Shown here: one piece after another, positions 24,372 to 33,175 of the stretch
Layout: each line of letters begins with the position of its first letter
Numbering within the stretch: the stretch's first letter is position 1
Virus record (IMG/VR): IMGVR_UViG_3300037419_000962
Coordinates: 1 to 42,147 of that record
DNA: 42,147 bases
DNA from: a virus
Taxonomy: Duplodnaviria > Caudoviricetes
Reading direction: 5' to 3' (one strand)
Translations under genes and position numbers: made by a program
The notes under the pieces: generated by a model
Databases searched by the model: none
What the model was told of the DNA's origin: nothing
What the model saw: only the letters and a program-made list of their open reading frames with translations

Positions 24372-24747
24372 AGCCTCCCGCGCCAAAGGCGCAGTAGGCG
24401 AGCGCGAGCTGTGCAAGCTGCTTTCGGGCGAGCTTGGCATCACGGTATCGCGCAACGTCGATCAGGCCCGCAATGGCGGTGCCGACTGCCTGGAGCTGAA
24501 AGGCTTCGCGATCGAGTGCAAGCGCCAGGAGAGGCTTTCTAGGCCCGCGTGGTGGGCGCAAGCAGTGGCCCAGGGCGAGAAGTGCAAGGCCGAGCCGATC
24601 GTGTTCTACCGCCGCAGCCGCGAGCCGTGGCAAGCCCTCATCCGCGCGGCTGATGGCAACTACCGCGAGGCAACCTGGGAGGCCGCGATGCTGCATATCC
24701 GCGAAAAGCTGGCCCGCCTTTACGGCATCTACAAGGAGGCTGCATGA
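24364..24747 (+). CDS. PD-(D/E)xK nuclease, putative Holliday junction resolvase
   Basis: GKASRAKGAVGERE...GGAD...IECK...WWAQA. Confidence 0.75.
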   Translation: MGKASRAKGAVGERELCKLLSGELGITVSRNVDQARNGGADCLELKGFAIECKRQERLSRPAWWAQAVAQGEKCKAEPIVFYRRSREPWQALIRAADGNYREATWEAAMLHIREKLARLYGIYKEAA

Positions 24748-25145
24748 CAACCGAATATCGCCCGCAAACCATAGCAATGCTGCGCGCCATCCAGGAGCAC
24801 GGCCCCGTCACGATCGGCGAGCTGGAAGACCACCTGTTTTTCCCCTCCGCGAGAAAAATCGTCGTCAACCTGCAATCGCAAGAACTCATCGTGGCGCTGC
24901 CCAAGCGAAAGCTGGAGCGACTGTCCTACGAGATCACGCGCAAGGGCCTGCGCTTGCTGGCGACGATGGACGGCGGCCACGGCGAGGTAGCAGGACCGCG
25001 CCAGCCGGTGAGCACCGCCCGCTACACGGGAGAGGCCAAGACGCAGGCTCGCCCCGGCTCAATGATCGCGTTCACGTTGCCTTCGCGGGTTGGCGATGCG
25101 ACGGTGGAGCGCCGCCGGCCGATGCTGATTGGATCGACGGTATGA
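24744..25145 (+). CDS. Winged-helix-like hypothetical protein
   Basis: Coupled ORF; YEITRKG; RPGS..AFTLPSR. Confidence 0.6.
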   Translation: MTTEYRPQTIAMLRAIQEHGPVTIGELEDHLFFPSARKIVVNLQSQELIVALPKRKLERLSYEITRKGLRLLATMDGGHGEVAGPRQPVSTARYTGEAKTQARPGSMIAFTLPSRVGDATVERRRPMLIGSTV

Positions 25146-25342
25146 CGCAATCAACCTACCAGGCCGCCATGCAAGCCAGCCTAGACCACGACGCGCTGGA
25201 CAGCGTATCGCCGTTCGATTTCGAAGCCGAGCGCGGCGACGAATGGCCCACTCCTACGCCGTTCGATTGGCGCTTCGAGGTAGCGTTTCGCAAGAGCCCG
25301 TCAGTGTGGAAGCGCATTTTGGGCTGGGTGGCTGGGGAATGA
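25142..25342 (+). CDS. Hypothetical protein
   Basis: ATGA overlaps on both sides. Confidence 0.55.
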   Translation: MTQSTYQAAMQASLDHDALDSVSPFDFEAERGDEWPTPTPFDWRFEVAFRKSPSVWKRILGWVAGE

Positions 25343-25791
25343 ACAAGCGCGTGTTCGTCTTGACGCACGACTTGGCCCGCCAGCGGTGCGCCACCTTCGC
25401 CAAGGAAGAGGCTGCGGACGGCATGTTGGTGACGTTCCAGCAGGCGCCCAAGAGCCGCATCCAAGAGGAAAAGTATCACGCCATGTTTGGCGACATCGCG
25501 CGCCAGTACACCCACGCCGGGCGCAAGTGGGACGCCGACGACATGAAGCGCCTGCTGGTGGATGCATTCAAGCGCGAAACCAAGGACGACCCGGAATTCG
25601 CCGAGCTGTGGAAAGAGATGGGCGAGTTGTCGCTTGCGCCTGCTATCGGCAGCGATGGATTCGTGGCGCTGGGCACGCAGACCAAGAAGCTCCCGCGAAA
25701 GCTGGCGACGGCGCTGATCGAGTGGCTGTATGCGTTCGGCGCGGAGAACGGCATTCGATGGACAGAACCGAAGGAAAGGCTTGCAGCATGA
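25339..25791 (+). CDS. ninB: NinB-family recombination protein
   Basis: KSRIQEEKYHAMFGDIARQ...KW..DMKRLL...LIEWLYAFGAENGIRW. Confidence 0.85.
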   Translation: MNKRVFVLTHDLARQRCATFAKEEAADGMLVTFQQAPKSRIQEEKYHAMFGDIARQYTHAGRKWDADDMKRLLVDAFKRETKDDPEFAELWKEMGELSLAPAIGSDGFVALGTQTKKLPRKLATALIEWLYAFGAENGIRWTEPKERLAA

Positions 25792-26474
25792 GCCCGGTTC
25801 GCATCGGCGATGCAACGCTGTACTTGGGCGACTGCATGGAAATCCTGCCGACGCTGCCGAAGGTGGACGCGGTGATTACTGATCCGCCATATGGGATCGG
25901 CCTGACAAATAAACACGGCCTTGGCAGCTCCAAGATGGCCGAGCGCATCGACTACGGCGATATCACTTGGGATAAGGAGCCTCCTTCGCAGGCCCTAATG
26001 GACCTTGTGACCGGAGCGGGTCGCTGGCAGGCGCTTTTTGGCGGCAACTATTTCAGTCTTCCGCCTTCTCCGTGCTGGCTCGTGTGGGACAAGTTGAACA
26101 CTGGCGACTTCGCAGACTGCGAGCTGGCTTGGACAAATTGGCCTAAGGCGGTGCGCCGACTGCAGTGGCGCTGGAACGGGATGATTCGGCAGGGCAACGA
26201 AGAGCGTTACCACCCGACGCAAAAGCCGCTGCAGGTGATGGGCTGGGTAATCGACCTATGCCCGAAAGCGGACATCATCCTCGACCCCTTCATGGGAAGT
26301 GGAACGACCGGAGTCGCCGCCGCGCAGCGTGCCCGCAAGTTCATCGGTATCGAGCGCGAGCCGAAGTATTTCGACATCGCTTGCAAGCGCATAGAGCAGG
26401 CATACGCCCAGCAGCCGCTATTCCAAGTAGAGCCCACCAAAAAGCCTGAGCAGCTTGGGTTTGAGGCCGCATGA
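25788..26474 (+). CDS. DNA N4-cytosine/N6-adenine methyltransferase (beta class)
   Basis: GDC, TDPPYG, HPTQKP, LDPFMGSGTT motifs. Confidence 0.92.
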   Translation: MSPVRIGDATLYLGDCMEILPTLPKVDAVITDPPYGIGLTNKHGLGSSKMAERIDYGDITWDKEPPSQALMDLVTGAGRWQALFGGNYFSLPPSPCWLVWDKLNTGDFADCELAWTNWPKAVRRLQWRWNGMIRQGNEERYHPTQKPLQVMGWVIDLCPKADIILDPFMGSGTTGVAAAQRARKFIGIEREPKYFDIACKRIEQAYAQQPLFQVEPTKKPEQLGFEAA

Positions 26475-26597
26475 CACCCGAGGTAACCGCCCAATCCAGC
26501 AGGGCTCTTTGCTGGTAACTGGAGAGAGTGAATGAAGACCAATTCTGTTTATTCGACCTCGTGCTCCGGCTCGCGGTCTAGGTGAGGGAGGGCTTAA

Positions 26598-26978
26598 ATG
26601 GGCTGGTCTATTGGCTTCGATTCAAGGTGGCAGCGCGACATCGGGTACGGCGTGCCCTGCGTGTGCGATCACCCGGACTGCAATGAGGAAATCGACCGTG
26701 GCTTGAGCTACGTCTGTGGCGGCGAGCCTTACGGTGGCGACCGTGGCTGCGGTCTGTTTTTCTGCGGCAACCATCTCCATTACGCCGAGCGCTTGTCTGG
26801 CCAATTCTGTGCGCGGTGCCATCCGCGTATCCGATCGCCGTTCAAGCCAAAGCCTGACGTTATCCAGTGGATCGAGCACAAGCTGAGCGACGAAAGCTGG
26901 GAAGAGTGGCGCGCGGAATCTCCGAAGGAAGTTGCCGACCTTCGCGCGCAACTGGCGGCACTCACGGTAGAAGCCTAG
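26598..26978 (+). CDS. Cys-rich phage protein
   Basis: RDIGYGVPCVCDHPDC..IDRGLSYVCGG...GCGLFFC; SD GGAGG. Confidence 0.7.
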   Translation: MGWSIGFDSRWQRDIGYGVPCVCDHPDCNEEIDRGLSYVCGGEPYGGDRGCGLFFCGNHLHYAERLSGQFCARCHPRIRSPFKPKPDVIQWIEHKLSDESWEEWRAESPKEVADLRAQLAALTVEA

Positions 26979-27001
26979 CCGAAGCGCGAGCCCAAATAAA
27001 A

Positions 27002-27430
27002 ATGACTTTCGGCCGCACCCTAACGGAACGCCGCGAACAGCGCGAAGCCGAGCGTGAGCGAAACATGGCATCTCTATGCACTCCCTCAAAGGCAATCTGC
27101 AAGGGCAGCTACACGGGCTCAACGACCTCGGCCGCGCCAAAGGAGCCTGAACCCGTGAGGGACGAAAGCTACCGCCGCTGGGTAGCCAGCCTGCCGTGCT
27201 TTGAGTGCGGGATTGAGGGCTACAGCAACGCCGCTCACCCGAACTCGGGCAAGACCAAGGGCGTCAAGCGGGACGACGACGAGTGTTTTCCGCTTTGCGT
27301 GGACAGGCCGGGCATCAAGGGATGCCACTCGCAGTTCGATCAGTACGAGCTGGTCATGCGGCACAACATGGCGCTCTACGAACGGGCGGCGCTGGAGTGG
27401 ACGAGAGAGCAACAAGGAGCGAAAGCATGA
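27002..27430 (+). CDS. DUF968/HNH-like zinc-binding protein
   Basis: YRRWVASLPCFECG...AAH...PLC...CH. Confidence 0.7.
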   Translation: MTFGRTLTERREQREAERERNMASLCTPSKAICKGSYTGSTTSAAPKEPEPVRDESYRRWVASLPCFECGIEGYSNAAHPNSGKTKGVKRDDDECFPLCVDRPGIKGCHSQFDQYELVMRHNMALYERAALEWTREQQGAKA

Positions 27431-27813
27431 CGGAGCACAAGCAAATCAATCTTCGCCTCGCTGATGCCATCGGCTGGGCCAGCGCAGACATCATGACGCT
27501 TGGAGACGCCGTTTATGTGCTGGGTGCCGACCGAGGGAGGGCATATGAGTTCGACTACCGAGATGCAATAACGATCTGGCCAATTGCTCGGCGCTTCCGC
27601 TGCTTCCCGAGCGACATTGACGATGGATATGGGAACGTTGGCGGCTATGAGGTGGTTTACCCGGAACACCTGTCAGGGATTAACGCTAAGTGGCACCACG
27701 TTAAGGCGGCTACAGCAGAAGAGGCTGTGGCGCAGGCCGTGATCTGTATCGCCGCCTTAAAGCGACGTGGCGGACAGACCAAGAAGCCGCTTGTTCGCCC
27801 GAGCCGGCGGTAA
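27427..27813 (+). CDS. Hypothetical nin-region protein (NinX-like pattern)
   Basis: INLRLADAIGW...FDYRD..IWPI; SD AAGGAG. Confidence 0.55.
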   Translation: MTEHKQINLRLADAIGWASADIMTLGDAVYVLGADRGRAYEFDYRDAITIWPIARRFRCFPSDIDDGYGNVGGYEVVYPEHLSGINAKWHHVKAATAEEAVAQAVICIAALKRRGGQTKKPLVRPSRR

Positions 27814-27890
27814 GTCCTAGCCGAAGCGGGACCAACGGATAAACGGATTTCTCGGGGCGATCAAGTAAACAAACGACGAGGACGGGGCAA

Positions 27891-28277
27891 ATGATGCAAA
27901 ACGAGATCGACACGTTGCTGAACGACTTGCTGACCCGTCACCACCGCTGGGCGCAGAAATACAGGTTCGGCAAGGGCTACCCGTCCTCGGACTCGGCCTG
28001 CCGCGGTGCCCGCGCCTCCCGCCAGTACGATGATGCCAACGGGGCTCTGGACGATGACCTCGAGGATTCCATCATGGAAGCCTTCGACGCCGCCCTGAAC
28101 CGAATCCCGCAGCCGCACCTCACGGCGCTCCAGTTCCTTGGCCGCAACATGGCTACCGGCCTGTACGTGTGGCGCAGCCCCCGTCTGCCGGCCGATCCGA
28201 TTGAGCGCGGCGTCCTGATCTTGGAAGCGCGGACCAAGCTGTTGCGCGAATTAGCCAGCGATGGCGTAGTGAGCTAA
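27891..28277 (+). CDS. Putative late antiterminator (Q-like)
   Basis: Last early gene, followed by TTGACA promoter and tandem terminators. Confidence 0.6.
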   Translation: MMQNEIDTLLNDLLTRHHRWAQKYRFGKGYPSSDSACRGARASRQYDDANGALDDDLEDSIMEAFDAALNRIPQPHLTALQFLGRNMATGLYVWRSPRLPADPIERGVLILEARTKLLRELASDGVVS

Positions 28278-28284
28278 AAAGTGC

Positions 28285-28313
28285 TTGACAAGCTCAGCAG
28301 TTTTTGGCCCAAT
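28285..28313 (+). promoter_or_regulatory. Putative late promoter PR'
   Basis: TTGACA at 28285-28290, 17 bp, weak -10 CCCAAT. Confidence 0.55.
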
Positions 28314-28386
28314 TCGTCCGGGGGCATAACTCGCCCTAAAAATACATCAACTCTACGGCCTTCTTGGTCGTCGTCCGTAGGTTAAG

Positions 28387-28420
28387 AACCCGCTCAGTCG
28401 CAAGGCTCGGCGGGTTTTTC
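28387..28420 (+). terminator. Late leader terminator 1
   Basis: AACCCGC...GCGGGTTTTTC with GCAA-capped inner stem. Confidence 0.75.
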
Positions 28421-28530
28421 GTTTCCGCCGCAAGGCAACCCAGCTCGGGCGCCGACCACCGACCACTACGTCAACGTAAAGAGGGTCGTGTCGCCCAGCC
28501 CTTCATGCAGTTGCCCGCAAGGCAATCTTC

Positions 28531-28554
28531 AGCCCGCCACAAGCGGGCTTTTTT
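28531..28554 (+). terminator. Late leader terminator 2
   Basis: AGCCCGC-cacaa-GCGGGCT-TTTTT. Confidence 0.8.
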
Positions 28555-28568
28555 ACGTTAGGACCGCG

Positions 28569-28631
28569 ATGAAAAAGCTACGCGACCTGCTCCCCAAGCG
28601 CCTGCGCGACAAGTACGCGCCCAAGAAATGA
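28569..28631 (+). CDS. 20-aa basic peptide MKKLRDLLPKRLRDKYAPKK
   Basis: SD AGGA; stop overlaps GroES start. Confidence 0.4.
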   Translation: MKKLRDLLPKRLRDKYAPKK

Positions 28632-28963
28632 TGCGCCCGCTGCTTGACCGAGTGCTGGTCGAGGTGGACGAATCCCTGCCCGAGACCTGTCTGTTCATCC
28701 CCATCCGAACCGACAAATGGACGGGTAAGGATGGAGCCGTGGAATCGTATGGGCGTGGCCGCGTCGTCGCCTGTGGGCCTGGCAAGCGCCACCCAAAGTC
28801 GGGCCAGTGCCAGCGCATGGAGTTCCAGGCCAACGAAGGGCGTCGCCCGGTGCAGGCTGGCGATGTCGTCCGGTTCTCGGAACTGCAATACGCGGAGCAC
28901 AAGGAAGACGGCAAGCGCTACGCCCTGATCACCGAGGGTGACATCGTGGGGGTGGAGGCATGA
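28628..28963 (+). CDS. groES: GroES/Cpn10-family co-chaperonin
   Basis: RPLLDRVLVE...GRVVACGPG...VQAGDVVRF...DGKRYALITEGDIVGV. Confidence 0.85.
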   Translation: MMRPLLDRVLVEVDESLPETCLFIPIRTDKWTGKDGAVESYGRGRVVACGPGKRHPKSGQCQRMEFQANEGRRPVQAGDVVRFSELQYAEHKEDGKRYALITEGDIVGVEA

Positions 28964-29181
28964 AACCAATCGGCAACATCGCCCGATACGTCGATCTCGC
29001 CAGGCCGTTCACGCAGGACGACATCACCAAGGCGCTCGCGAGGGCCAAGGGCGAAGAGCGGCCAGCGTCAATCCGGCAAGTGGCCAAAGCAGGCTATGGG
29101 CTGGAGCTGCTTCGTCCGAGCGTGGTCGCGATCGCCTGTGGGGCGAGACTGCCGACGCTTCCCCATTTCGTGAAAGAGTGA
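28960..29181 (+). CDS. Hypothetical protein
   Basis: ATGA overlap, SD GGAGG. Confidence 0.6.
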   Translation: MKPIGNIARYVDLARPFTQDDITKALARAKGEERPASIRQVAKAGYGLELLRPSVVAIACGARLPTLPHFVKE

Positions 29182-29182
29182 C

Positions 29183-29614
29183 ATGGGACGGCCCTCCGAG
29201 TTCTCGCAGGAGACGGCAGACGCCATCTGCCTGCGGCTGATCGAAGGGGACAGCCTCAGGACCATCTGCAAGGCCGATGAGATGCCAGCAGCGTCCACTG
29301 TGTTCAAGTGGCTCAGTGAGCGTCCCGTGTTCTCGGAGCAATACGCGCGCGCACGCGAGGCGCAGGCCGACCACTTGGCCGAGGAAATCCTCCAGATCGC
29401 TGATGACGGCGAGAACGACACCTACCAGACAGACAACGGCCCTGCGGTGAATCAGGACGTTATCCAGCGATCGAAGCTGCGGGTGGATGCTCGCAAATGG
29501 CTGGCCGGCAAGATGGCCCCGAAGAAGTACGGCGACAAGGTGACTACTGAGTTGACCGGAGCCAATGGCGGCCCGGTGCAGATCGTCGCCAGCCAGCACG
29601 ACGAGAACCTGTAG
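29183..29614 (+). CDS. terS: Terminase small subunit (Sf6 gp1-like)
   Basis: GRPSEF..ICLRLIEGDSLRTIC..MP..STVFKWL...YARARE..RKWLAGKMAPKKYGDK. Confidence 0.9.
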   Translation: MGRPSEFSQETADAICLRLIEGDSLRTICKADEMPAASTVFKWLSERPVFSEQYARAREAQADHLAEEILQIADDGENDTYQTDNGPAVNQDVIQRSKLRVDARKWLAGKMAPKKYGDKVTTELTGANGGPVQIVASQHDENL

Positions 29615-30970
29615 GTGCAACTGACGGCAAGGCAGCTCCAGGCCCAATCGGTCCTGGCAGGCGATGCCACGCATTGCATGTTGTTCGGCGGGTCGAGAAG
29701 CGGGAAGACCTTTCTGCATGTCCGAAATGTGGTGTTTCGCTCGCTGAAGGCTCCCGGCAGCAGGCACGGCATCTTTCGCTTCCGGGCGCTGCACGTGCAT
29801 GAGTCGATCGTGCTGGACACCTTCCCTAAGGTGATGAAGCTGGCGTTCCCCGGTGTGCGATGGACTCCGCACAAGGGCGACGGCTACGCCACGATTCACA
29901 CGGGCACCGAGGACAGCGAAATCTGGTTTTCTGGCCTGGACGACAAAGAGCGGGTTGAAAAGGTGCTGGGCAAGGAATTCGCCACGCTGTACTTCAACGA
30001 GTGCAGCCAGATTCCGATGGGCTCAGTAGATATTGCCCTGACCCGGCTGGCGCAAGCGGTGAACGAGAACATACAGGGCAGGGAGGCAAGGCCGCTGAAG
30101 GTGCGAGCCTTCTATGACTGCAACCCGCCATCCAAGGCGCATTGGTCCTACAAGCGGTTCATCCAGAAGGTGGACCCGGAGACCAATAGGCCATTGAGCA
30201 ACCCGGGCGACTACGCCCATTTTCAGATCAACCCCGCGGACAACCGCGAAAACCTGTCCAGCTCGTATATCTCGATGCTAGAAGGCATGAGCGCACGGCT
30301 GCAAAAGCGCTTCCTGAAGGGCGAGTTCGCCGACGCCACGCCGAACCAGCTCTTCCCAGAGGAGACTATCGATAAATGGCGCGCGTCCGAGGTGCCCGAC
30401 ATGGTTCGGGTGGTGGTGGGCGTGGATCCCTCGGGATCCGGTGATGTGGACAACGCCGACAACGACGCCATCGGGATCGTGGTGGGCGGCCTCGGCACGG
30501 ACGGAAACGCCTACCTGCTCGAAGACTGCACGGTCAAGGCTGGCCCTGCGACATGGGGCCGCATCGCAGTAGGTGCATGGCAGCGACATGACGGGGACGC
30601 AATCGTCGGTGAAACCAACTACGGCGGCGAGATGGTGCTGCAAACCATCCGCTCGGCTGCGGCTGCGCAGAGTGTGCGGCCCACGGTTAAGAAGGTCACG
30701 GCATCGAGGGGCAAGGTCCAGCGGGCCGAGCCCTTCAGCGCTTTGTACGAACAAGGAAAGATTCGCCACGCTGGCGAGTTCAAGGAACTAGAGGACGAAA
30801 TGACCGCATTCAGCACCTACGGCTACTTGGGGGAGAACAGCCCCAACCGCGCCGATGCTTGGTTCTGGGTGCTGGCGGAGCTGTTTCCGGGCCTCATCAA
30901 GCCAGTGGCCGAGAAGAAAGAGACATCCCACGCGCCCCGCCAGTTGGTGCAACACGGCTGGATGGGATAG
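29615..30970 (+). CDS. terL: Terminase large subunit
   Basis: Walker A GGSRSGKT, Walker B LYFNE, CNPP coupling motif, nuclease VGVDP and NRADA. Confidence 0.93.
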   Translation: MQLTARQLQAQSVLAGDATHCMLFGGSRSGKTFLHVRNVVFRSLKAPGSRHGIFRFRALHVHESIVLDTFPKVMKLAFPGVRWTPHKGDGYATIHTGTEDSEIWFSGLDDKERVEKVLGKEFATLYFNECSQIPMGSVDIALTRLAQAVNENIQGREARPLKVRAFYDCNPPSKAHWSYKRFIQKVDPETNRPLSNPGDYAHFQINPADNRENLSSSYISMLEGMSARLQKRFLKGEFADATPNQLFPEETIDKWRASEVPDMVRVVVGVDPSGSGDVDNADNDAIGIVVGGLGTDGNAYLLEDCTVKAGPATWGRIAVGAWQRHDGDAIVGETNYGGEMVLQTIRSAAAAQSVRPTVKKVTASRGKVQRAEPFSALYEQGKIRHAGEFKELEDEMTAFSTYGYLGENSPNRADAWFWVLAELFPGLIKPVAEKKETSHAPRQLVQHGWMG

Positions 30971-30973
30971 CGC

Positions 30974-33070
30974 ATGGCAAAGACGCAAAACACGACCGCT
31001 CCCAAGTCGGTCGTGGAGGAGGCGCGCGCGTTCGTCCAGCTGTGCATCGACGCTGACAGCCATAACCGGGTCGCAGCGCAGGACGACCTGAGGTTTTCCG
31101 CGGGGGACCAGTGGCCCGCCGCCATCAAGCAGCAGCGGATGCTGGACCGCCGGCCATGCCTGACCATCGACAAGACAGACACCTTTGTCCGCTCGGTGGT
31201 CAACAACATGCGCCAGCAGCGACCGCGCATCAAGGTCCATCCTGTGTCGGATGGCGCAGATCAGGCCGTCTCCGAGGTGATTCAGGGCTTGACCCGCCAT
31301 ATCGAGGTGTCGAGCAACGCGGATGTGGCCTACGACACAGCGGCTGATTACCAGGTTCGCATGGGCTGGGGTTACTGGCGCGTCCTGTCCAAGTACATCG
31401 ATGAGAAGAGCTGGGAGCAGGAGCTATGCGTTGATCGCATCCGCAACCCGTTCTCGGTCTACTACGACCCTTCGTCTACCTCGCCCGATGGCTCGGACGC
31501 CAAGCGTTGCGCTATCACCGGCAAGATCACGCTGGACGAGTTCAGGAGAAAGTACGAGGGCAAGCAAGAGTCCTCGTGGACGCTGGTCGGCCCCGGAGAC
31601 GACATCCCGCGCAAGGATGAAATCATGCTGGTGGAGTTCTTGCGGCTCGATGAGAAGCCCGCGGAGCTGTGCCGGCTGAGTGACGGCTCCAGCCAGTGGA
31701 AGTCGGACCTGCCCAGCGAAGACGAGATGAAGGCAAAGGGCCTGCTGGTGATCGACACCCGCACGTCCATGCGGACCACGCTCAAATGGTCGCTGTGCTC
31801 GGGGGCCGAGGAACTGAAGTCGCAAGACCTCCCGGGAAAGTACCTGACGGTGATCCCATGCTACGGGGCCGAGCTGATCGACAACGGCAAGGTCAACCGC
31901 TTCGGCATGGTCCGCAAGCTCAAAGACCCGCAGATGCAATACAACTTCTGGCGCACCAGCCAGACCGAAGTGATTGCGCTGGCGCCCAAGTCCCCGTGGC
32001 TGATGGCCGAGGGGCAGGATGAGGGCCACGAGGAAGAGTGGGACAACGCCAACGTCAAGAACTACAGCTCGCTCAAGTACAAGCCAGTGACGGTGGGCGA
32101 TCAGAACACACCGCTGCCGCCGCCACAGCGTCAGCAGCCACAGGCCGTGCCCGAAGCTTCGGTGTCCGCAGCGATGGCCGCGAGCGAGGACTTGAAGGCG
32201 GTCGCGGGGATGTTCGATCCATCCCTCGGTGCGCCGGGGCAGGAAACCTCGGGCACGATGGTTGCCAAGCGGCAGCAGCAGTCCGACCTGTCGAACTTTC
32301 ACTTCTACGACAACCTCACGCGCTCGATTCGGCAGACCGGAATCGTGCTGCTGGACCTGATCCCGCACTACTACGACACCAAGCGGGTAATCCGCATCAT
32401 CGGCGAAGACGGCACGCCCGATAGCGTGACGATCAACGACAACCAGGCGGTAGGCAAGGTGCTTAACGACCTGTCCGTAGGCCGCTATGACGTGGTGATG
32501 GACACCGGTCCGGGCTACGACACCAAACGCCTCGAAGCGCGGGACGCAATGATGGCGCTGGTTACGGCCTTCCCGAAGGTGGCCGAGATCGGCGGAGACC
32601 TGATCGTGCGCCAGTTCGACGCTCCCGGCATGGAAGCGCTGGCCGACCGGCTGGAGGCCGCCATCCCCGCGGCGCAGATCGACAAGCAGCTCCCGAAGGA
32701 CCTGGACCCGAAGGCGCGCCAGATGATCGGCGGCCTGATGGCGCAGATGCAACAGCTCAAGCAAGCAAACGAGGAGTTGCAGCGCGAGAAGGACGCCAAG
32801 ATCTTCGGCGTCGAGCAGCGCGAACACGCCGTGACCGTGCGCGAGATGCACAAGGAAGACGAGGAAACCCGCCGTCTGCAAATTATCGAGGCCGGTAAGG
32901 ACAAGCGAGAGACGCAGAAATTGCACGGCGACATGCTGATGAATGACGACGACAACTCCGTCAGCCTGACCGAAACGCGCGAAACGCTCGCAGCCAATTT
33001 GGAGCTTGGCCACATGAAGGCCCAGCAACACGGTGTGCCGAACAACAACCGGCCCACGAATCAGCAATAA
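30974..33070 (+). CDS. Portal protein (P22-like)
   Basis: 698 aa after TerL; GDQW, RPCLTI, GWGYWRV, YDVVMDTGPGY motifs. Confidence 0.9.
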   Translation: MAKTQNTTAPKSVVEEARAFVQLCIDADSHNRVAAQDDLRFSAGDQWPAAIKQQRMLDRRPCLTIDKTDTFVRSVVNNMRQQRPRIKVHPVSDGADQAVSEVIQGLTRHIEVSSNADVAYDTAADYQVRMGWGYWRVLSKYIDEKSWEQELCVDRIRNPFSVYYDPSSTSPDGSDAKRCAITGKITLDEFRRKYEGKQESSWTLVGPGDDIPRKDEIMLVEFLRLDEKPAELCRLSDGSSQWKSDLPSEDEMKAKGLLVIDTRTSMRTTLKWSLCSGAEELKSQDLPGKYLTVIPCYGAELIDNGKVNRFGMVRKLKDPQMQYNFWRTSQTEVIALAPKSPWLMAEGQDEGHEEEWDNANVKNYSSLKYKPVTVGDQNTPLPPPQRQQPQAVPEASVSAAMAASEDLKAVAGMFDPSLGAPGQETSGTMVAKRQQQSDLSNFHFYDNLTRSIRQTGIVLLDLIPHYYDTKRVIRIIGEDGTPDSVTINDNQAVGKVLNDLSVGRYDVVMDTGPGYDTKRLEARDAMMALVTAFPKVAEIGGDLIVRQFDAPGMEALADRLEAAIPAAQIDKQLPKDLDPKARQMIGGLMAQMQQLKQANEELQREKDAKIFGVEQREHAVTVREMHKEDEETRRLQIIEAGKDKRETQKLHGDMLMNDDDNSVSLTETRETLAANLELGHMKAQQHGVPNNNRPTNQQ

Positions 33071-33125
33071 CACGGTCTAGGGCACGTTACGCCCTGAAGC
33101 GCCGGCAGTCGCCAACTGCCAGACG

Positions 33126-33158
33126 AGCCCGCCCGGAGCAATTCGAGCGGGCTTTTTC
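33126..33158 (+). terminator. Terminator-like hairpin between portal and scaffold
   Basis: AGCCCGC...GCGGGCT-TTTTC. Confidence 0.65.
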
Positions 33159-33175
33159 GTTGATGGACGTTACCC

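Noticed and set aside
26471-26597. Tiny ORFs (15-16 aa) between the methyltransferase and the Cys-rich gene
   Set aside because: Too short and without supporting features; may be gene remnants
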